Assembly: GCA_963807005.1 (NCBI GenBank)
Contig: CAWDZK010000006.1
Span: 172,612 to 236,611 of the forward strand
DNA from: an uncultured Actinomycetota bacterium
GTDB taxonomy: Bacteria > Actinomycetota > Actinomycetes > JACCUZ01
DNA length: 64,000 nucleotides
Direction: 5' to 3'
In this document: one piece after another, positions 59,070-64,000 of the stretch
Numbering within the stretch: the stretch's first letter is position 1
Layout: each line of letters opens with the position of its first letter
Program-made: the position numbers and the translations under genes
Notes under the pieces: generated by a model
Database searches by the model: none
What the model saw: the letters and a program-made list of their open reading frames with translations, nothing else
Told to the model about the DNA's origin: nothing

Positions 59070-59290
59070 CACGCGACGCGCGTCGGGTCGACCACGTCTA
59101 CGGCGGCGATCACCGGGCGGAGCTGGCGGGCATGTGCTCGACGCGGGGCGACCTGACGAGGTGGGCGCCCTGCTCGCCCAGGCGCAGCCGGTGTTCGTGG
59201 CGCTGTCGGCGAAGCCGGCGCTGGACCGGCTGGAGCGGGTGACGCCGAGCCCCGGCTCCCCCGTGCTGCCCATGCCCGCGGGCTGACGGC

Positions 59291-60943
59291 TCAGCTCGGG
59301 TCGAGGGTGGGCAGGTCGTCGGAGTCGACGATCCGGTAGGCGTAGCCCTGCTCGGCGAGGAACCGCTGCCGGTGCGCGGCGAAGTCCTGGTCGACCGTGT
59401 CGCGAGCGGTGACGGCGTAGAACCGGGCGGTGCGCCCGTCCGCCTTCGGTCGCAGCACCCGGCCGAGCCGCTGCGCCTCCTCCTGCCGTGAGCCGAAGGT
59501 GCCCGACACCTGGATCGCCACCGCTGCCTCGGGCAGGTCGATGGAGAAGTTGGCCACCTTGGACACGACCAGCAGCGACACCTCGCCGGTGCGGAACGCC
59601 TGGAACAGCCGCTCCCGTTCCTTGACGGTCGTGTCGCCCTTGATGACCGGGGCGTCCAGCCGCTCGCCGAGGTCGTCGAGCTGGTCGAGGTACTGACCGA
59701 TGACGAGCACCTGGTCGGATCGGTGCCGCTCGACCAGCTGCTCGACCACCCGCGTCTTCGACGGCGTGCAGGAGGCGAACCGGTACCGCTCCTCCGGCTC
59801 CGCTGTCGCGTACGCGAGCCGCTCCGAGTCGGTGAGCGTCACCCGCACCTCGACGCAGTCGGCCGGCGCGATCCAGCCCTGCGCCTCGATGTCCTTCCAC
59901 GGGGCGTCGTAGCGCTTGGGACCGATCAGGGAGAACACGTCGCCCTCGCGGCCGTCCTCGCGCACCAGCGTCGCGGTCAGGCCGAGCCGGCGTCGCGCCT
60001 GCAGGTCTGCGGTCATCCGGAAGATCGGCGCGGGCAGCAGGTGCACCTCGTCGTAGACGACCAGGCCCCAGTCGCGCGCGTCGAGCAGCTCGAGGTGGGT
60101 GTAGACGCCCTTCCGGCGGGTCGTCATCACCTGGTACGTCGCGATGGTGACCGGCCGGACCTCCTTGCGGGCACCGGAGTACTCGCCGATCTCCTCGTCG
60201 GTGAGCGAGGTCCGCTTGAGCAGCTCGTGCCGCCACTGCCGGGCGGACACCGTGTTGGTGACCAGGATCAGCGTGGTCGCGCCCGCCTGCGCCATCGCGG
60301 CCGCACCGACGATCGTCTTGCCGGCCCCGCACGGAAGCACCACGACGCCGGAGCCGCCGTGCCAGAAGCCGTCGACCGCCTCCTGCTGGTAGGCCCGCAT
60401 GGCCCAGCCGTCCTCGCGCAGCGAGATCGCGTGCGCCTCGCCGTCGACGTACCCGGCGAGGTCCTCGGCCGGCCAGCCGAGCTTCAGCAGCACCTGCTTG
60501 AGGTGGCCCCGCTCCGAGGGGTGCACCACCACCGTGTCCGGGTCGACCCGGGTGCCGACCAGCGGGCTGACCTTCTTGGACCGCACGACCTCCTCGAGCA
60601 CCGCCCGGTCGGTGGTGATGAGGACCAGCCCGTGCACCGGGTGCTTCTCCAGCCGCAGCCTTCCGTAGCGGGCCATCGTGTCCGCGACGTCGACCAGCAG
60701 CGCGTGCGGCACGGCGTAGCGCGAGTAGCGCAGCAGGACGTCGACGACCTGCTCCGCGTCGTGGCCGGCCGCGCGGGCGTTCCAGAGGCCGAGCGGGGTG
60801 AGCCGGTAGGTGTGCACGTGCTCGGGGGAGCGCTCCAGCTCGGCGAACGGCGCGATCGCCCGGCGGCAGTCACCGGACAGCTCGTGGTCGACCTCGAGCA
60901 GGAGGGTCTTGTCGGACTGCACGATCAGGGGGCCATCAGTCAT
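59291..60943 (-). CDS. XPB/ERCC3(Ssl2)-type SF2 DNA helicase.
   Basis: Walker A VLPCGAGKT, DEAH-box variant VYDEVH and an XPB-like N-terminal damage-recognition domain are present in a 550-aa protein. Confidence 0.8.
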   Translation of the reverse strand: MTDGPLIVQSDKTLLLEVDHELSGDCRRAIAPFAELERSPEHVHTYRLTPLGLWNARAAGHDAEQVVDVLLRYSRYAVPHALLVDVADTMARYGRLRLEKHPVHGLVLITTDRAVLEEVVRSKKVSPLVGTRVDPDTVVVHPSERGHLKQVLLKLGWPAEDLAGYVDGEAHAISLREDGWAMRAYQQEAVDGFWHGGSGVVVLPCGAGKTIVGAAAMAQAGATTLILVTNTVSARQWRHELLKRTSLTDEEIGEYSGARKEVRPVTIATYQVMTTRRKGVYTHLELLDARDWGLVVYDEVHLLPAPIFRMTADLQARRRLGLTATLVREDGREGDVFSLIGPKRYDAPWKDIEAQGWIAPADCVEVRVTLTDSERLAYATAEPEERYRFASCTPSKTRVVEQLVERHRSDQVLVIGQYLDQLDDLGERLDAPVIKGDTTVKERERLFQAFRTGEVSLLVVSKVANFSIDLPEAAVAIQVSGTFGSRQEEAQRLGRVLRPKADGRTARFYAVTARDTVDQDFAAHRQRFLAEQGYAYRIVDSDDLPTLDPS

Positions 60944-61045
60944 TCCGGGCCCCCCGCGGAGGTACGAGCGCAGCGAGCGGCTTCCTGGCGTGGTCGGTCA
61001 CCGGGCCATTGTCCGTCATCCCGGCGCGCCCGCCGGCCGGGCCGG

Positions 61046-64000
61046 TCAGGGCTCGACGTAGAGCCCGAGGACCTCGATCCGCACCGCCACCGGCCCGCCT
61101 CGCCCGGCGAGCTGGAGGCGCCCGCCCCGGCCGACCGGGACGATCACCTCGTTCGTGGCTGCCAGACCGCGGTAGGCGACCAGGACGGGACGCCGCAGGC
61201 ACCGCAGCTCATCCAGGCCGGCGTGACAGACCGCCACCGGTGAACGCCGCCGGCCGGGGTCGGCCGTCACCCGCAGCCGGACCGCCACCGGATGCTGGGC
61301 CCGCAGCGCCCTGGGCAGGCGCCAGGTCGTCGCGGCCGCGGCCGGGACCGGCACGGTGGCGGTCGCACCGGCGGGCACCAGCACCGGGCCACTGGCGTCG
61401 GTGACGAACCAGCCGACGACGTCCAGCCGGACCCGGGCCGCCGCACCGCCCGCGTGCAGCATGATCCCGCCGGGGCCGAGCTCGACGACGGTGAAGGCCG
61501 CGCTCGCGCGCCGCGGGACGGTGTCCAGCACGGGGTGCTCCCGGCAGAGGGACCTGCGCGAACCCGCCGGGCAGACCGACAGGGTGGCGGTGCGGGCCCG
61601 GCCGACCCCGACCAGGTTCACGGCGACGGCCGTCGCGCTCGGGGGCGCGGCCAGGTCGACGTCCAGGGTGCGGCCCCTGCGCAGGGTCGTGGTCTTGAGC
61701 ACCCGCCGGGCCCGGTCCAGCGGCCGGAGCGTGGCGCCCGGCGGCTCGACGACGTGGGTCGCGGTGGGCGACCGCGCCCCGGTGAAGGCCTTCGTGGCGG
61801 GGCGGTACCGCGCCGTCAGCACGTGCGTGCCGACGCCGAGGTTGCGCATCGTCCTGGTGGCGACCCCGTCCACCAGTGGCACCCATCGCCCTCGGCGGTC
61901 CGGCCCGTCGAAGAACCGCACCCTGCCGGTCGGGAGACCCGAGCCGCTGCGCACCGTGGCCTCGAGCTGCACGCGGTCGCGCCCGTACGACGGGGACGGT
62001 GCCACGGTCAGCGCCACCGTCGTCGCGCGGCGGGAGGCACCTCCCTGGACGGCCTGAGCCACCACCTCGACGGCGCGCGTGGCCCGGCTGCTGCCGCCGC
62101 CGTTCGTCGCCGTGAGGGTCACGGTGTAGGTCCCCGGTGCGGTGTAGACGTGCTGCGCGGACGCGGTGGTGGCCGGCGCGGAGCCGTCGCCGAAGTCCCA
62201 CTGCCACGAGGTCGCGGCCGGCGTGGAGGTGTCGGTGACGGTGACCGTCAGCGGGGCCGGACCGGTTGCCGGCGACGTAGAGAACGACGCGACCGGCGGC
62301 GTCACGGGCGGCACGACGGCGTGGCCGACCGGTGGGGAGGTGCTGCCGGCGAGCAGGGCGGTGCCCGGGGTGAACGCTGCCGTCAGGCTGTGGTCCCCCA
62401 CCGCCAGGGCGGTCGTCGTGAGCGAGGCGGCCGCACCGGACAGGCTCACGGGGGAGCCGAGCGGGGCGCCGCCGTCGAGGAACGTCACCGTGCCGGACGG
62501 GACGGGCAGGCCGGGGCCCGTCGTCACCGTCGAGGTCAGGGTCACCGGCTCGCCCGGTGCTGTGCCGGCGCTGGACTGCTCCAGCGTCGTCGACGTCGCT
62601 GCCGGGGTCACCACGACGGTCTGCTTCGCGGTGACCGTGCCGGCCTGGTAGGTCGCCGACAGCTCCACCACATGGCTGCCGGGGGTGGTGTAGGTGTGGC
62701 TCCGTGCCGAGCCGGTCGCGGTCGGGCTGCCGTCGCCGAAGTCCCAGCGCAGGCTGCTCGGTCCTCCGGTGGACGTGCTGCTGAACTGCACGGTGAGTGG
62801 CAGCGGGCCGGACGTCGCGCTGGTGGTGAACTGGGCCACCTGGGCGGCGCGCGGACAGTCGCTGCCGCCGAGGCAGCCGTGCAGGTAGGTCCAGGGGCTG
62901 GTGTCCTGGTCGCTGGCGAGCACCATCAGCCCGGTCTGGCCGTCGACCGGGTCCCGGGTGGACGTCGCGTCGTTGATCGCCGGGTGGTCGTTGCTCTTGA
63001 TGAACAGCTCGCCCTTGGTCGCGCTGCCGAAGTCGAGCGTGTCCAGCGGCGCCACCCGCCGGTACACGTTGCCGCCTCCCACGTTGCTGAAGAGCACCTG
63101 GGCCTGCTGGTGCTCCTCGTCGATGACCAGGGTCGGCCGGGTCATCGCATGGCCGACGTTCGAGACGTTGCGGTGCGCGGTGTTGCCGGGGTTGCGCCAG
63201 CTGCCCGAGGGCGTGCGCTCCAGGATCGCGATCAGGGGGTCGGCGGAGTTCTTGGGTGTCGCGTCGTTCCGGCTGCTCTTCACCGCGGCCAGCACCCGGC
63301 CGTCCGACGTGCTGCGCACGCTGATGTGGTTGTCGCTCACCAGTGGGCCCGCCCAGGCGGTCTCGACGTCGCTCTTTGTGCCCCATCCGCCGTTCCTGTT
63401 GTCGGGGTTGGCCGCGAAGTAGAACCCGCCGTGGTCGGCGTTCCACAGGACGCCGACGCCGGAGCCGAGCGGGGTGACCACCGCGACGTCGTCCTGGCCG
63501 CTCGTCGCTCCCGGCGTCCCCGCCTGCGGCTTCTGGCCGGACGACAGGTCCAGCGGTTGCGGCACCGAGAAGCTCGTGCCGCGGCTGGTCGAGGACATCG
63601 TCCACACCGCGTCGGACTGGGTGTAGGCGACCCAGATGCGGCTCCCCTGCTTGGTCAGGGTGGCGAACCGCACGCCGACGGCGCCGGTGTCGTACTGGCT
63701 CTCCCGCGTGTACGTGGGGGAACTTCCGCCCGCGAAGGCGAGCCGGAAGACCCGCACCGGTGCGCTCGCACCGGCATCCGAGGACACGACGTAGACGTCG
63801 TTGCCGTCCTGCAGCGTGTCCATGTGCGCGTTCGCGCGGGTGTCGACCTCGACGCCCGTCGACGTCCAGTCCTGGCCGTCCAGCCGGTGCACCAGCCAGC
63901 GACCCGACGACCCGGAGTCGGGCCGGAACATGATGCTCCACCAGTGGCCGGCGTGGAACCACAGCTTGCTCTGGGTGTGCAGCGAGGTCGCGTCGGTGGG
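61046..64000 (-). CDS. Large secreted multidomain protein, truncated at the window edge, with 2 PKD domains, at least 2 bacterial Ig-like domains and a duplicated C-terminal module.
   Basis: PKD signatures WDFGDGS...HTYTTPGSHVVEL and WQWDFGDGSAPA...HVYTAPGTYTVTLTATN are present, with Ig-like TVTFLDGGAPLGSPVSLSG... The ORF stays open to the window end (3' on the plus strand), so the 5' end of the gene is outside the window. Confidence 0.6.
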   Translation of the reverse strand, partial: PTDATSLHTQSKLWFHAGHWWSIMFRPDSGSSGRWLVHRLDGQDWTSTGVEVDTRANAHMDTLQDGNDVYVVSSDAGASAPVRVFRLAFAGGSSPTYTRESQYDTGAVGVRFATLTKQGSRIWVAYTQSDAVWTMSSTSRGTSFSVPQPLDLSSGQKPQAGTPGATSGQDDVAVVTPLGSGVGVLWNADHGGFYFAANPDNRNGGWGTKSDVETAWAGPLVSDNHISVRSTSDGRVLAAVKSSRNDATPKNSADPLIAILERTPSGSWRNPGNTAHRNVSNVGHAMTRPTLVIDEEHQQAQVLFSNVGGGNVYRRVAPLDTLDFGSATKGELFIKSNDHPAINDATSTRDPVDGQTGLMVLASDQDTSPWTYLHGCLGGSDCPRAAQVAQFTTSATSGPLPLTVQFSSTSTGGPSSLRWDFGDGSPTATGSARSHTYTTPGSHVVELSATYQAGTVTAKQTVVVTPAATSTTLEQSSAGTAPGEPVTLTSTVTTGPGLPVPSGTVTFLDGGAPLGSPVSLSGAAASLTTTALAVGDHSLTAAFTPGTALLAGSTSPPVGHAVVPPVTPPVASFSTSPATGPAPLTVTVTDTSTPAATSWQWDFGDGSAPATTASAQHVYTAPGTYTVTLTATNGGGSSRATRAVEVVAQAVQGGASRRATTVALTVAPSPSYGRDRVQLEATVRSGSGLPTGRVRFFDGPDRRGRWVPLVDGVATRTMRNLGVGTHVLTARYRPATKAFTGARSPTATHVVEPPGATLRPLDRARRVLKTTTLRRGRTLDVDLAAPPSATAVAVNLVGVGRARTATLSVCPAGSRRSLCREHPVLDTVPRRASAAFTVVELGPGGIMLHAGGAAARVRLDVVGWFVTDASGPVLVPAGATATVPVPAAAATTWRLPRALRAQHPVAVRLRVTADPGRRRSPVAVCHAGLDELRCLRRPVLVAYRGLAATNEVIVPVGRGGRLQLAGRGGPVAVRIEVLGLYVEP

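Overview
The window is high-GC (~70%) actinobacterial chromosome that reads like core or semi-conserved genome, not a mobile island. I found no tRNA, rRNA, CRISPR array, transposase or integrase. Gene content from left to right:

- **1-5.9 kb, sulfur/hypoxia island.** A DoxX membrane protein, an orphan DosS/DevS-like sensor kinase (two GAF domains plus histidine-kinase and ATPase domains), a PNPOx-like protein, and a minus-strand operon of universal stress protein, sulfide:quinone oxidoreductase (SQR), a single-Cys TusE/DsrC-family protein and a DsrE-like protein.
- **6-10 kb.** A DUF1918 protein, a secreted RTX-like calcium-binding repeat protein, a ROK kinase, a DUF1345 protein and a SAM-dependent methyltransferase.
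- **10-14.3 kb, lysine catabolism.** HglS (DUF1338), an FAD-linked D-2-hydroxyglutarate dehydrogenase-like oxidase and an aminoadipate-semialdehyde dehydrogenase.
- **14.3-17.4 kb.** A DUF4188 protein, a lone family-5 ABC substrate-binding lipoprotein and a MarR regulator.
- **17.4-23 kb, phenylacetate catabolism.** paaJ-paaI on the minus strand facing paaABCDE, with a 12-bp inverted repeat in the shared control region.
- **23-31.4 kb.** Rrf2 regulator, a hypothetical protein, pirin, a nucleotidyltransferase, DUF3263, a LytR_C protein, otsB, an ECF sigma factor with a downstream membrane protein, and otsA.
- **31.4-33.5 kb.** A small HExxH protein, an intergenic region carrying a G-rich tract and a 32-bp tandem repeat, then a SAM-I riboswitch, a proline-rich upstream ORF and a threonine-synthase-like PLP enzyme.
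- **33.7-39.7 kb.** cspA, a second ECF sigma with its downstream membrane protein, groEL preceded by two CIRCE elements, an M29 aminopeptidase and a GNAT acetyltransferase.
- **39.7-48.1 kb, the most unusual locus.** A WXG100 (ESAT-6-like) gene followed on the same strand by two giant tandem FtsX-type permeases (1030 and 1049 aa) and two ABC ATPases.
- **48.1-55.9 kb.** A hypothetical protein, DUF4031, cupin, TetR, an HD-domain protein overlapping a HelD-like helicase, a BNR-repeat sialidase-like secreted protein, and a PadR plus membrane-protein pair.
- **56-64 kb.** A roughly 1030-aa adenylate-cyclase/STAND ATPase/TPR protein whose 3' end carries two apparent 1-bp frameshifts, an XPB/ERCC3 helicase, and a large secreted PKD/Ig-domain protein that runs past the window edge.

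All calls come from reading the translated ORFs and the raw sequence; no database search was possible.
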